Positions 42,916 to 56,520 of a stretch of 64,000 bases of DNA are shown one piece after another. The position numbers were made by a program, and so were the translations under genes. The first letter of the stretch is position 1; every line of letters starts with the position of its first letter. Origin of the DNA: Octopus vulgaris (Eukaryota). The notes beneath the pieces were generated by a model. It searched no databases. It saw only the letters and a program-made list of their open reading frames with translations, and was not told where the DNA came from. The stretch spans positions 94,674,001 to 94,738,000 of the forward strand of contig OX597821.1 in assembly GCA_951406725.2 (NCBI GenBank), in the 5' to 3' direction.

Positions 42916-43273
42916 CCGCCTTTAATCGAGCAACTCGACCCCGGGACTTATTCTTTTGTAAGCTCAGTACTTATTCTATCGGTCTCTTTTGCCGAACCGC
43001 TAAGTGACGGGGTCATAAACACACCAGCATCGGTTGTCAAGCAATGCTAGGGGGACAAACACAGACACACAAACACACACTCGCATATATATATATATAT
43101 ACATATATACGACGGGCTTCTTTCAGTTTCCGTCTACCAAATCCACTCACAAGGCTTTGGTCGGCCCGAGGCTATAGTAGAAGACACTTGCCCAAGGTGC
43201 CACGCAGTGGGACTGAACCCGGAACCATGTGGTTGGTAAACAAGCTACTTACCACACAGCCACTCCTGCGCCT
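42916..43273 (-). mobile_element. SINE family B lacking its 3' tail
   Basis: Starts at ccgcctttaatcgagc and ends at cactcctgcgcct. Confidence 0.88.
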
Positions 43274-43631
43274 TGTAAACAAACTCGAAAGGCTTTGTAA
43301 GTTACGGAGTGAAAGCTACTCTGAAGAATAAAACATTATTTGATATATCGTTGTCGTGTTATACTGTGAGTCTTCGATAGTAGCTTCCTCCCCGTAACCT
43401 ACGAAGCCTTTCGCCTTTGTTTACAAATATTATATATAGTATTAGACAATTTAAGTATATATTAACTACATTTGTCTGTAATTGATGGGTGAGCGTTTGG
43501 CCCAATCGAATGCGCAAGGAGCCATGTTAGCGTTTATCTGCGCGTCCGATTCTGGCTGGGGTTAGCTCATCATTTTTCAGTCATTTGTTTGTATTTTTAA
43601 AATTGTTGCTGAGATATTGTTGTATAGTATA

Positions 43632-43679
<48 letters not shown>

Positions 43680-43696
43680 CGCAGGAGTGGCTGTGT

Positions 43697-44107
43697 AAGT
43701 GAACACAAGAATTGCTTTTCGTTTCTTACGTTAAGTAGATGGTTCCTAAATGTAAGGATTTTTTATGCGTCTTCGGTACACAACTCACATCATTTGTTTG
43801 AGATTTTATATGTTTTAGCAAAACTAAGAATTTGCCATCTCAGATTAAATTCAATGTTATTATCCTTTAATTCCAATAAGAAATTATTTAATCTGGTAGA
43901 GTTAATTTTTTGTTTATATTTAAAGCTATTTTTAAAGCTATTTATAAGATTAGCAATCCTAATCATAATTCTATGTAAATGATTAGCAACCCTAATCTTG
44001 ATACTGTTTTCTGTTGACCCTATGTAGAATTTCTTCCATTGATATTCAAATATACATTGGTAGACTAAGTTGTCTCTCTTACATAAATTTTTTAACTTTC
44101 TAACTTT
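43697..44107 (-). pseudogene. Penelope-like element GIY-YIG endonuclease fragment
   Basis: CKRDNLVYQC...FYIGSTENSIKIRVANH...SFK...STRL...LRWQIL...CELC...LLNVRNE; contains stops and runs into the gap. Confidence 0.85.
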
Positions 44108-44207
44108 NNNNNNNNNNNNNNNNNNNNNNNNNNNNNNNNNNNNNNNNNNNNNNNNNNNNNNNNNNNNNNNNNNNNNNNNNNNNNNNNNNNNNNNNNNNNN
44201 NNNNNNN
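44108..44207. other. Assembly gap (100 N)
   Basis: Run of N. Confidence 0.99.
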
Positions 44208-44802
44208 TTACAAAGCGAACTTCTCAAGAATGCATCCGTGTCTGCGCACATACACACACATAACCACACACATACACACAGGCAAATACATACATATGCA
44301 CACATGCAAGCATATATACACATTAATACATACATCCATGCATCTACATACGCATACATGTATACATGTATGTATGTTTACAGTGGATTCTATCACTTAC
44401 TTTGCCTTTTATGAGCTCCCTACTTCGGGATTTCATTTGTTTCTAGATGTTTTTAGCCTTTTATTTCGGTGTCTAATTCCCCTTTCCTTGCCATTCTTTG
44501 TGTTTATTACTGACACCAGACATTAAGCCCCTGCTTGGCAGTTGTTAACGATGGTGCCAAAGATGGTACCTCTCATTGCCAGTAAGTGTGTGTGTGTGTG
44601 TAGACTTGAGTATCCGTTCATTTGCACGTGCGTGCATGTGTGGGGTGTGTGTATGTGTATGCGTGTGCCTGTGCGACTGTATGCGCGGGCGTTTGTGTGT
44701 GTATACATATATATATGGGTATTATATGTGTATACATATATATATGTATATGTATATTTACATACATATATATATATATACATATATAAACCTGTATATA
44801 TA

Positions 44803-44836
<34 letters not shown>

Positions 44837-44840
<4 letters not shown>

Positions 44841-45063
44841 GTAATAATTAAAATATATGCATACATACAAACATATATGTACGTACCTACATCTACATGT
44901 ATATATACATGCATATATAAATAAATATACGTGAGTACAGGACACCACAACAGGACGTAGAAACGTCACGTATATTTATTTATATATACATGTATATATA
45001 CATGTAGATGTAGGTATGTACATATATGTTTGTATGTATGCATATATTTTAATTATTACATTA
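44837..45063. repeat. Near-perfect inverted repeat, ~98-bp arms with a 31-bp spacer
   Basis: Arms 44837-44934 and 44966-45063, about 2 mismatches by eye. Confidence 0.9.
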
Positions 45064-45135
45064 TTGTCTGACAGCGCCTCGCGTCGGGTTCGTTTTCGAT
45101 TCGTCGGTTCGTTCCATCTCTTGTTTTCCATTTTA

Positions 45136-45198
<63 letters not shown>

Positions 45199-45401
45199 TA
45201 AACAGTAAAAATAATTACAGACATGGACAAGAACATGAAACGCCACAGAGACGACACAAGAACCACAGGACGGGACATTCGAAGCCCTCAGTCATCAGTC
45301 AAGAACCAGATCATCTTAGCAATTTCGGCTGATTAATCTTGAGATTGCTCCGATATGGCCAGCCCGCCACGGGAAATCTAAGCCAAGTGCATTATACTCG
45401 C

Positions 45402-45462
<61 letters not shown>

Positions 45463-45467
<5 letters not shown>

Positions 45468-45759
45468 TGCAAATAAGAAAATGGAGGAGAACAATAGTTG
45501 GTTCATCAAAAAATGTTAACTTATGAAAAATGTAAACTTATTTACTTATCAAACTGATAATTATAATAGCATACATACATATAGCATATTATTCTATGCA
45601 TATAAGATAAGGATACAAGTAACTATTATGAAAACATGATGCTATATGTATGTATGTTATCATAATTATCAGGTTAATAAATAAATAAGTTAACGTTTTT
45701 AATGTCCTAAAGTTGATCAACCAAGTATTGTTCTCCTTTATTTTCTTATTTGCAATATA
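45463..45759. repeat. Imperfect foldback inverted repeat starting at (TA)n
   Basis: attgcaaataagaaaa..ggagaacaat pairs with attgttctcc..ttttcttatttgcaat. Confidence 0.8.
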
Positions 45760-45849
45760 ACTTAATGGTAAAATATCTCTTTACCTTTATCCATTTCATA
45801 CACTAGGTAATGTTAAACACTTGTGTATTAATAATTGGGTATTCTTGTT

Positions 45850-46275
45850 GGTATCCTTTTTGTCTCGGGAGACAATGGAGTTGCGCATAAAATAGTCCAG
45901 TCCGGCTTTTACATTTCATGTCCTGATACATTTCCTGTTGTGGCTGTGTAGTCCTATCCTGGACAAACGCTTCCTCTGGCAGGTGCCGCAAATGTAGCGA
46001 AGACTGTTCCTGGCTGGTTGTAATGCCATAGTTTCTTGTTGACGTCTTTTCTTGTCTTTCCATTTCTCCTCTCTCTCTCTGTCACTCCTTTGTATTCCTT
46101 CTTTTACGGTACGTCGCCAATCTCCACGGTTGCTGGCAATTGCTTCCCAACCGCTAATATTTATGTTGCAGGCCTTCATGTCCCTTTTGCAAACATCCTT
46201 GTAACGTAAGAACGGTCTACCCACAGACCTAGTACCCCCAGCAAGCTCTCCGTAAAGTATGTCCTTGGGGATTCT
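45850..46275 (-). mobile_element. RTE-clade LINE 3' fragment (ORF C-terminus and 3' end)
   Basis: RIPKDILYGELAGGTRSVGRPFLRYKDVCKRDMK...WEAIASNRGDWR...CGTC...SRIGLHSHNRKC. Confidence 0.9.
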
Positions 46276-46399
46276 GGTAATGTTATTGCAGTGCAGTAAA
46301 AAACACTTGTGTCTTAATAATTGGGTATTCTACCAACAATATATTAGATATATATCATCCCTTAGTGGGTTGGATTCACAAGCCCTAACTTTCTTGGAG

Positions 46400-46454
<55 letters not shown>

Positions 46455-46722
46455 GGGATGTGTTTATATATACATATGCATATACAATATGTAATATTCA
46501 TACATATATATTTATATATATACATAAACGTACAGTATTTAATCATATCAAAGGAAAATGGAATTTAATTAAAATTAAGAGCAATCAAAATTTACATTTC
46601 CAGTGGTCTAACGCGTAAAAATTTTTTGTCAAAAAGCCTACATATTAGTCAAACAATATAGTGTATATTTAAACGCATAGTGATTCCACTTATAGGGATT
46701 CTACGCGCTAGAAAGAACAGCG

Positions 46723-46786
<64 letters not shown>

Positions 46787-46830
46787 TATATATACATACA
46801 TATATATGTATACATATATATATATATATG

Positions 46831-46862
<32 letters not shown>

Positions 46863-46877
46863 TGTATGTATGTATGT

Positions 46878-47107
46878 ATTCTTTTACTTGTTTCAGTCAT
46901 TTGACTGCAGCTACACTGGCGCACCGCCTTTAGTCAAACAAATCGACCCTCGGACTTATTCTTTGTAACCCTAGTACTTATTCTATCGGTCACTTTTGCC
47001 GAACCGCTAAGTTGCGGAGGTATAAACACGCCAGCATCGGCTGTGAAGCAATGGTGGAGGGGCCAAACACAGACACACAAAAATACACACACACACAAAC
47101 ACATATG
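46878..47107 (-). mobile_element. SINE family B 3' half (5' half probably at 51898-52154)
   Basis: Stops in the internal microsatellite at a cagggccggcc terminus. Confidence 0.8.
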
Positions 47108-47493
47108 CAGGGCCGGCCTTAGGAGGTGCGGGGTCCAATTGGGAACAATTTTGGTCGGCACCAGGTTCCCAGTGAAATTGCCCCAAGGTCTTTAGAATCA
47201 TAAGAACATATAAATATACTCCTTTGCAGGTATATTAGGAACCGAGATTAGTTGATAGCACACGAAAAAAAACAAAAAAAAGGAAGAAAAATAATTCCAG
47301 GCTGAGGGCAGGGAATTTCTGAGGGTCCATCCTACCCCATCCCCATCCGATTTGCGTGGAAAAAGTCATTTGTGGCATATTAGATAAGATTAGTTGATAG
47401 CACAAGAAAAAAAGAACGGACAAAAAACATTATTTCCCACCGAGATCGAGTTGGTTGTTAAACTATAAATTTACCAAAAATTTTCACCATCAG

Positions 47494-47819
47494 TACTCTT
47501 TTACTTGTTTCAGTCATTTGACTGTGGCCATGCTGGATCACCGCCTTTAGTCAAGCAAATCGACCCCAGGTCTTATTCTTTGTAAGCCTTAGTACTTATT
47601 CTATCGGGCTCTTTTGCCGAACTGCTAAGTTACGGTGACGTAAACACACCGGCATCGGATGCCAAGCAATGTTGGGGGGAGAAACACAGACACACATGCA
47701 TACATACATACATACATACATACATACATACATACATACATAAATACATACATACATACATACATACATACATACATACATACATACATACATAAGCACA
47801 CAAACATATACACATACGT

Positions 47820-47901
<82 letters not shown>

Positions 47902-48064
47902 GACGGGGTTCTTTCAGTTTCCGTCTACTAAATCCACTCATAAGGCTTTGGTCGGCCCGAGGCTATAGTAGAAGACACTTGCCCAAGGTGCCCCGCAGTG
48001 GGACTAAACCCAAAACCATGTGGTTGGTAAGCAAGCTACTTACCACACAGCCTCTCCTACGCCT
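47494..48064 (-). mobile_element. SINE family B, full length
   Basis: Matches family B. Confidence 0.9.
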
Positions 48065-48373
48065 ATGTAAGCGAAACTAGATCTAAACTACGCTTTTTAG
48101 AAATATTTTGGCAAAAATTTGGAAGAAATTTATGAAGATCCCAAAGATACTTTTACCTGTTTCATGATGTTACGCTAAAAGTGATGTACATAAAATGCAA
48201 ATTAATAATTGGAATTTTTCGGAAGTTGGTTATATACTTACCTTTTATTTTTTCCTATAATCTCTGTTGTAGAAAACACAGTATTGTCCCTGTGGCAAGA
48301 AGCCTGTTCCTTAGCTATATGGTTCTGTGTTAAGCACCACTGTGTGACACCAAATGTCTTCTACTATAGCCCC

Positions 48374-48450
<77 letters not shown>

Positions 48451-49572
48451 TTTTATTGAAATAAAAAGTTCCCCAAAAGTTATACATATACAAAGTATAT
48501 TTAAAGCAACTCATACACACAAACATACGCACCCATACATACATATAATTCATCAAACACTTACACAACCACATGCATAAATATTTTACCCAAACCTGCC
48601 CATAAACATGCCCAAACATTCACATACACCAGGCACGTAGCCAGTCGATTGCAACGGGGGTGGTGGTATTTTGATAGCTGAGGGTCTGGACAAAACTCTA
48701 AAAACAGTACTGTTTATAAAATTTGATAATGTTTTTCAAGAAAATTCACAACGTAAAATAATAAAATTAGGTTACATGTATTCAATACAACTGCAATCTA
48801 CGGCAACGCAATGCAAACAATTCAAGAAAATTGTCCTTGTCTATAACTGATTTGTATTTACTAAGAGAAGCAAGTATCACGAAGTTTTATTTTCGCGGAT
48901 GCTTTATATTTCGTCGAAAGGGTCTCATAATTCGAGTTAGCGTCGAAAACGATGACTCGCATGTGGCTGTGCTAGACCCATATGTTAATGCTGCACTATA
49001 CAATAAATAAACATTTGGAAAGGCATCCTGTACGATACGAAAAATCCCAAAATGCCCAGCAGTGTCATCATATTTTGTTTGGAAATGTATTCTTTAGCCA
49101 CAGTAAGTCCAGAAAGCAAGGCCGATTTATAGCAATTAACTAAATTGTTCAAAAGTTTTAAAGTATCAAAATCCAAACATGTCTCGGAGATTGATAGTAG
49201 ACTTGCCAAGGAAGAATTTATGCTGTCGTTTTGCTCCCAAGCTTTCATCGATGAAGGCGAAATAAATTTTGCGGTGAAAGATTATCCAGCCATTTGTGGT
49301 GGTACCAGGGCTTCAACAACATAATCTGAAAAACGTTGGGACCTGCAAGCTTTTCGGTGCATGTGTTTTTCAGTAACATTAAATTAACTCATTTGTTTCG
49401 GAATCTCACCAAATATTAAAGAGTCTCTTCGTTTGGTTATTTCACTCCTGGCAATCTTAAGAAACTCAAGGTGTATATTACAACTGTGACTCTGAAGCTG
49501 TTTGTCTACTGGCCTAATTATTTGCGAAAGCTGAGTAACATTTTCATTCTTGGATTTATAAACTATGATAAG

Positions 49573-49961
49573 ATGGGATGGAAGCACTCCGTCGGTTACG
49601 ACGACGAGGGTTCCGGTTGATCCGAATCAACGGAACAGCCTGCTCGTGAAATTAACGTGTAAGTGGCTGAGCACTCCACAGACACATGCGCCCTTAACGT
49701 AGTTCTCGGGGATATTCAGCGTGACACAGAGAGTGACAAGGCCGGCCCTTTGAAATACAGGTACAACAGAAACAGGAAGTAAGAGTGAGAGAAAGTTGTG
49801 GTGAAAGAGTACAGCAGGGATCACCACCATCACTGCCGGAGCCTCGTGGAGCTTTAGGTGTTTTCGCTCAATAAACACTCACAACGCCCGGTCTGGGAAT
49901 CGAAACCGCGATCCTATGACCGCGAGTCCGCTGCCCTAACCACTGGGCCATTGCGCCTCCT
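49573..49961 (-). mobile_element. SINE family A, full length, 12-bp TSD
   Basis: TSD aactatgataag at 49561-49572 and 49962-49973. Confidence 0.93.
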
Positions 49962-51080
49962 AACTATGATAAGTATAACACTGGTCAACAAAGAATTTGT
50001 CCCAAGGAAAAAAAGTACTATGTTTTTGCATGCAGAATTCAAAAATAAAGTCAAATTATCTGTATCATCCACAGTTTCTCTGTTCCACAATATCCCTCTC
50101 AGTTCCTGTTGCGTGGGCTAAATTTCAGTTAAGCTGCTGAAATGTGAAGCTAACGGTTAAGGAAATACTCCTAGTTTAAATTTTTGACTAGAATTTATGT
50201 AGTGAAATTATAAATCCAGCTATCTGAGACAATGGATCCCAAAAATATATGAAATGAAAAATATGTAAAAATACTAACACACAGAAGCACAGAAAATTAC
50301 GTAATATACTAACACACAAAAAAATTTGAAACAAAACACGCGGATAAAAAGAATCTCGTGGTGTAAAGAATCAAGTCTGAAAAATCAACATAAACAGCGG
50401 TGGTTTCCATGGTGACAAGATGCTAATGCCACGCTGTCTGTTGATTGGCTAAAATTAATTCCAAATAATATCAGATTCTTTAATTTACAAGACAAAGTAA
50501 TTGGTTGATAGTAATCAAAATTCAGAGTTGCATCGATACACCAAAATTGAAAGCAATCTGAGCAAAATTAAGTGGGGCGCATTTTGCGAATGACAAAGGC
50601 TTAGACCCCAATTTCTTAAAATTTATGTCTATTTGAATTAAACTCGAAGTGATTTCAGTTCAAGCAAATTTTTTTCAACAATTTCTTCAAATTTATGCGT
50701 TTTTAATTAAACATAAAATGATTTCGGTATAAACTTTCGGAAAATATGGTCAATGAAAAACAAAAATTATTCTGTGAATTTTCTCGGCTGTAAACGCCCT
50801 TTTCAATGTATATATTTCGGAAAAATTCAAATTGTAAGCTCAAAATACTAATGATGGAAATTCTTTATAAACTTTTTCCTGAATTCACAAACTCCTCCTG
50901 ACCTGTGGGAATAAAATGACTATGTAATTTTCAACTCTGTTAATCCAAGGTTAATCCAAACGAGAAAACAGAAAAAAACAACAACACAAGGAGGTGGAAC
51001 AATTAAAGTATTATTATTAGGCGGTCAGGAAAAAGGGAAGAAGGAGGGTGTGTGTGTGTTTGTGTGCGTTACCAGTACCA

Positions 51081-51150
<70 letters not shown>

Positions 51151-51897
51151 CATGTACGTATATATGTATATATATATGTCTATGTATGTGTGTGTATATA
51201 TATATATACTACGCACACACACAAGCGTATGTGTACCTAGAAGATTTTTGTCGCCAGAGATAAAGGAATCAATGCTCTTAGTCACACCCGCTCACATAAA
51301 TCTGTCTCCAGTTTTTTGCTCTATAGGGAATTAAGATGGCATTGCTTTCAATACTGACCAGTTGTATAGTACACGTGCGCACATGCAGGCACACGCACTA
51401 CACACATACACATTCACACGCACACAGACATACAGACATACGCACACACACACTCATACACACATACACGTTTGTAATTACTCGCATGTTTCCACATACC
51501 ACTAAATCAAAGGAAATAAATTCTATTGCCTGTGTAGCGACCTCAGATCTTATGAACACAACCTGTCCTTAAAATGGGATGAAGAATTTCTTTTTTTGTT
51601 CAGCTGTGAGATTCTTCTGTATTCTTCCAAGAATGAAAAAACACAAATTCACAAACGGGAGGGGCTGAAATTCTAACAGGGGAAGAGGGGGCTAAGCACA
51701 CAACATAGCCCCGCCGTTTCTACGTGTTGCTAAAGAGTACAAAGTATGCATTTTTTAAAAAAGAGCTTTTTTACGTAGATATTTTTAAAAACTTCATGAA
51801 ATGTTGCAGTATAGGATGTGGGCCCTTGAGCGTGGGTCTCCCTTGGGAGTGGGACCCGATTGGAGCAATCGGTCCAATTGACTTGAGGCTGACCCAG

Positions 51898-51945
<48 letters not shown>

Positions 51946-51972
51946 CACACACACACAGACACACACACACAG

Positions 51973-52004
<32 letters not shown>

Positions 52005-52154
52005 TCGACGGGCTTCTTTCAGCTTCCGTTTACCAAATCCCCTTGCAAGGCTTTGGTCGGCACGTGGCTTATAGTAGAAGACATTTGCCGCGGGTGCCAC
52101 GCAGTAGGACTGACCCCGGAACCATGTGGTTGGGAAGCAAGCTACTTACCACAC
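51898..52154 (-). mobile_element. SINE family B 5' half
   Basis: Microsatellite followed by cgacgggcttctttcag...ctacttaccacac. Confidence 0.8.
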
Positions 52155-53048
52155 GACCGAACCTGTTTGTAGGTAGGTGTGTAAAATCTGTGTAGGTATG
52201 TTTACAGTTGTGATTGCAAATCTATTCATTATTATGTGCGCGTGTGTAAATATATTTATGAATATATGCAAGTATAAAGGCGCGTGTGTGAGTGCGTCCG
52301 TGTGATTGTGTGTGTGTGTGTGTGTGTGTGTAAGTGCAATTGTGTGTGTGTGTGTGTGTGTGTGTGTAAGTGTTGTGTGAGCATTCATGTCTTACTGTTC
52401 TGTCGCCGTTGTTTTGTTCTTTTGGAGACACCGATATACAACAAATGCAAATACAAATACATCTACTACAATAACTATAAGAACATTGACTTCTGGACAT
52501 GGGTCCAAAGCCAGAAATCCCAATTCCATTAAATACCGAATGGGTGTCACCGTATAGGCGTTCTTGGGCGACTCCTGTGAGAAATTTTCGGTGAATTGTG
52601 TTAACTCTATTTTCTATGTTTCAATTTGCTTTCTATTCTGACAAGCAACAATCCTAGATTCCCAAACTCTTTGTTGTTTTATGAAATATAACAGAAAGGT
52701 TTTAGTATGCTTTCAAATTTTTGCACAAAGCCAGCAATTTCAGAGGTGAGGTAAGTCGATTATATCGACCCCTGTACTTAACATGTATTTGTTTTATCAA
52801 TTCCGAAAGGATGAAAGGCAAAGTTAATGTAGGCAGAATTTGAGAACGTAAAAACGGTCGTAATATCGCTAAGTGCTTTGTCCTACGTGCCAGCTTGCCG
52901 CCTTAGAAATACTGCTAAACATTTTGCCCGGCGTGCTGAAAAGATTCTGCCCACTCACAACCTAAATAAAACAAAGGAAAAATTTAATACACACGCGAAA
53001 CCGCTCGTGAAACTGGCCAGTAGTGTTGTCAGCAGAAGCGTACAGATC

Positions 53049-53188
53049 AAGGCGGCGAGCTGGCAGAAAGTTAGCACGCCGGGCGAAATGCTCAGCCGTA
53101 TTTCGTCTGCCGTTACGTTGTAAGTTCAAATTCCGCCGAGGTTGATTTTACCTTTCATCCTTTCGGGGTCGATTAAATAAGTACCAGT
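53049..53188 (+). mobile_element. SINE family C, 3'-truncated
   Basis: aaggcggcgagctggcag...ggggtcgattaaataagtaccag. Confidence 0.85.
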
Positions 53189-53452
53189 AACTCCCCACAC
53201 ACATACACACATGCACCACTTGACAAATGGTGTTCGTTTTTTAGTTAACTGTAATTAAGCGGTCTAGCAAAAAAAAAATGGTAGAATAAGTACCAGATTT
53301 AAGTAATGGGGTAGATTCGTTCCATTAAAACCTTTCAATGCGGTGCCCCATCATGGCCGCTGTTCAATGAAAAAAACAAGTAAAAGATAAAAGAAATAAA
53401 GAATAAAGTAACTAAAATTAAACAAAACTAAAATTAAACAAATGAATAATAT

Positions 53453-53616
53453 AGGCGCAGGAGTGGCTGTGTGGTAAGTAGCTTGCTAACCAACCACATG
53501 GTTCCGCGTTCAGTCCCACTGCGTGGCATCTTGGGCAAGTGTCTTCTGCTATAGCCCCGGGCCGACCAATGCCTTGTGAGTGGATTTGGTAGACGGAAAC
53601 TGAAAGAAGCCTGTCG

Positions 53617-53647
<31 letters not shown>

Positions 53648-53873
53648 GTGGGGGGGGGGTTGTGTGTCTGTGTTTGTCCCCCTAACATTGCTTGACAACC
53701 GATGCTGGTGTGTTTACGTCTCCGTCACTTAGCGGTTCGGCAAAAGAGACCGATAGAATAAGTACTGGGCTTACAAAGAATAAGTCCCGGGGTCGATTTG
53801 CTCGACTAAAGGCGGTGCTCCAGCATGGCCGCAGTCAAATGACTGAAACAAGTAAAAGAGTAAAAGAGAGAGT
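53453..53873 (+). mobile_element. SINE family B, full length
   Basis: Matches family B. Confidence 0.92.
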
Positions 53874-54060
53874 ATATGAAGTATTAATTAAACAAAGAAA
53901 AAGAAAAAGAAAAATTAACAAAAGAAGTTTGTCGTCTGGAACCAAGAATACGAACTTCGTTTATTAAACAACACTTACACATTGGTTGTTTCATCAGCAA
54001 ATCCGACACCAAAGATAATTCTCTCCCTCCGACTTTCTCTGTTCTTCTTTCTCTCTCTCC

Positions 54061-54114
<54 letters not shown>

Positions 54115-54398
54115 ATTTTCTTTCTCTTTCGTTTATTTTTGAAAATGCTTTCTGTTAAAGACATTTCAATTACCACGGCCACGTCGAATTCATTGTTTTA
54201 CGTCACAACGGTGCGCATGCGTATACTGCTTGAAGAATCACGCCATTATTTCAAGGAGATAACCCCCAGTATCTACCCCCGCCAACTCTTTTGCCCTCTA
54301 ATGTATATTATTCATTAATGGCAAGACTTATTTCCAAGGATGCATGCAAACACACTTCAAATATACATACATACTAAAATATACATAAATACATACAT

Positions 54399-54511
<113 letters not shown>

Positions 54512-54871
54512 TAGAGAGAGTGTGTATGTATGTGTGTGTATACTTACACTCATACATACACACATACGTACAAACACAGGCAAACGTATGTACGCACGTA
54601 AATATGTACACATCCATATAAACAAATACATATGTACATGCGCAGAAAAAGAGATAAAGAAAGCAAAAGTACGCACAAGTTCACGCACACACGCACGCAC
54701 TATCGCTCGGATATGTAAGTTTGTATGAATACAGCCAGACGTACCCCGAATACACCCCCGGCCCCGAAACACACACACTCACACAATACCCACTCACGAT
54801 CTCTGCCCCCACCACCCACCACCAACTCGCACGTGTGCGCATACACATGTAGAAACGCATATACATATTCC

Positions 54872-54902
<31 letters not shown>

Positions 54903-55030
54903 TTCACACACGCACATACATTCACACATACAAGCACACATACACACGTACGCGCACACAGTCATTTTTCATCAGTTGCCGTATAATGACTTGTCTATGG
55001 AGTGTGTGAAAATGCGAATGTGATTCGGTC

Positions 55031-55104
<74 letters not shown>

Positions 55105-55202
55105 TGTATGCGTGCGTGCGTGCGTGCGTTCTTGCGTGCGTACGTGCATCCGTTTTGGGCCTCCAGTTAGTTTTTCATTTCTTTCGAATATAAAATCTGC
55201 TA

Positions 55203-55530
55203 AGGTGAATATGCGTGGCTTAGTGGTTAGGGTATTCTGTTCGCGATCGTAAGGTTGTGGGTTCGAATTCAAGCGGTGCGTTGTGTCTTTGAGCCAGACA
55301 CTTTAATTCACATTGCTCCAATCCACTCAGTTGGTAAAAATGAGTGTTACCTGTAACTGAAAGGGCCAGCCTTGTCACACTCTATGTCACGCTGAATCTC
55401 CCTGAAAACTACATTAAGGGTACCCGTTTCAGTGAAGTGCTGAGCCACTTACAAGTTTATTTCACAAGCTGTCTGTTCCGTTGATCGGATCAAAGGCAAC
55501 ACTCATCGTCGTCGCAACCGACGGAGTGTC
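55203..55530 (+). mobile_element. tRNA-derived SINE with a distinct head/CORE-like segment and family A 3' half
   Basis: Head gcgtggcttagtggttagg..ggttcgaattc; 55350-55530 is the reverse complement of the family A 3' region seen at 15202-15380. Confidence 0.8.
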
Positions 55531-55938
55531 GAAAAGAAAAAGAGAAAAATCTGCTTAAATGCTACGTTATATGGGACATCGTGAATGCGGGTTTGTTGTA
55601 GACTGCAAAAGAAGAGATGCGAATTCGACCACCACATTGTTTGGTCCTCAAAGGTTGTATCTATAGCACATGTTGCCCGATTGCAAAGAGAAGCCGATAC
55701 TGCAGTCTGGCATGGTGGGATTTAACTATCCGGACGGGGAACTCGAAGTCAAAACGCAATCAGCCGGAACACATATCGCAAGTCGACACTGCCAATTTGT
55801 CGCTGCTGCGCGCAAACACACACACATATACACACTCGAATATTACCAGGAATATATATACGCACACATAAATACATATACACAATTCAAAGAGACAGAC
55901 AGACGGATGGACGGACGGACAGACAGATAGTCTGACAA

Positions 55939-55989
<51 letters not shown>

Positions 55990-56520
55990 TGCATGAATGT
56001 GTATGTATATAAGCATTTATGTGTGTGTGTATGTATGTATGTATATATGTATGTCAACGGTTATATAACATTCATAACATTGGTTCACCTGTAAGCACTG
56101 AAGTAAAGCAACGTCCAACCGAGTTAACAGGTGACCGCTTGAGAAACCTAGATACTGTAAACATTGTTCATTTAATAGGCGCTGTGTCTGAAAGAAGTTT
56201 GTTTAGTAGTCACATAGTTTTGAGTTCTGTATGTGTGTGTGTGTGTGGGGGGGGTAATCTAAGGCAAGTATCTTCTTAAATAGACTCGGGCTGACCAACT
56301 CCTCGCGGCAAATTTGGTAGACGGTAATTAATACGCAGAAGCTTGTCTTGTATATATTGAGGTTTTTACACTTGCATGATCTAAAAGTCGGAGGGGGACG
56401 GGTTAAACTACCTGCATCAACTTGCTATAAAGACAGGTAGTAAATTTACCTTGACATTGTTCTTAGTGCAAGTTTTGAAGAGTGCAGTTCCAGTTTCACA
56501 ATTATTTTTTCAAAGCTATA

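Larger units (their letters stand above)
47108..51897. mobile_element. Possible decayed hAT-like DNA transposon with nested SINEs
   Basis: Left end cagggccggccttagg, right end cttgaggctgacccag (imperfect TIR); ggtccaattg subterminal motif at both ends; splits a family B SINE. Confidence 0.4.

Noticed and set aside
43790-44359. 189-aa ORF spanning the N gap
   Set aside because: Artificial join; only the 43697-44107 part is a GIY-YIG relic.
55590-55815. GC-balanced stretch as a host exon (LPDCKEKPILQSG...)
   Set aside because: No recognisable domain or clear splice donor, and the ORF runs into a microsatellite.
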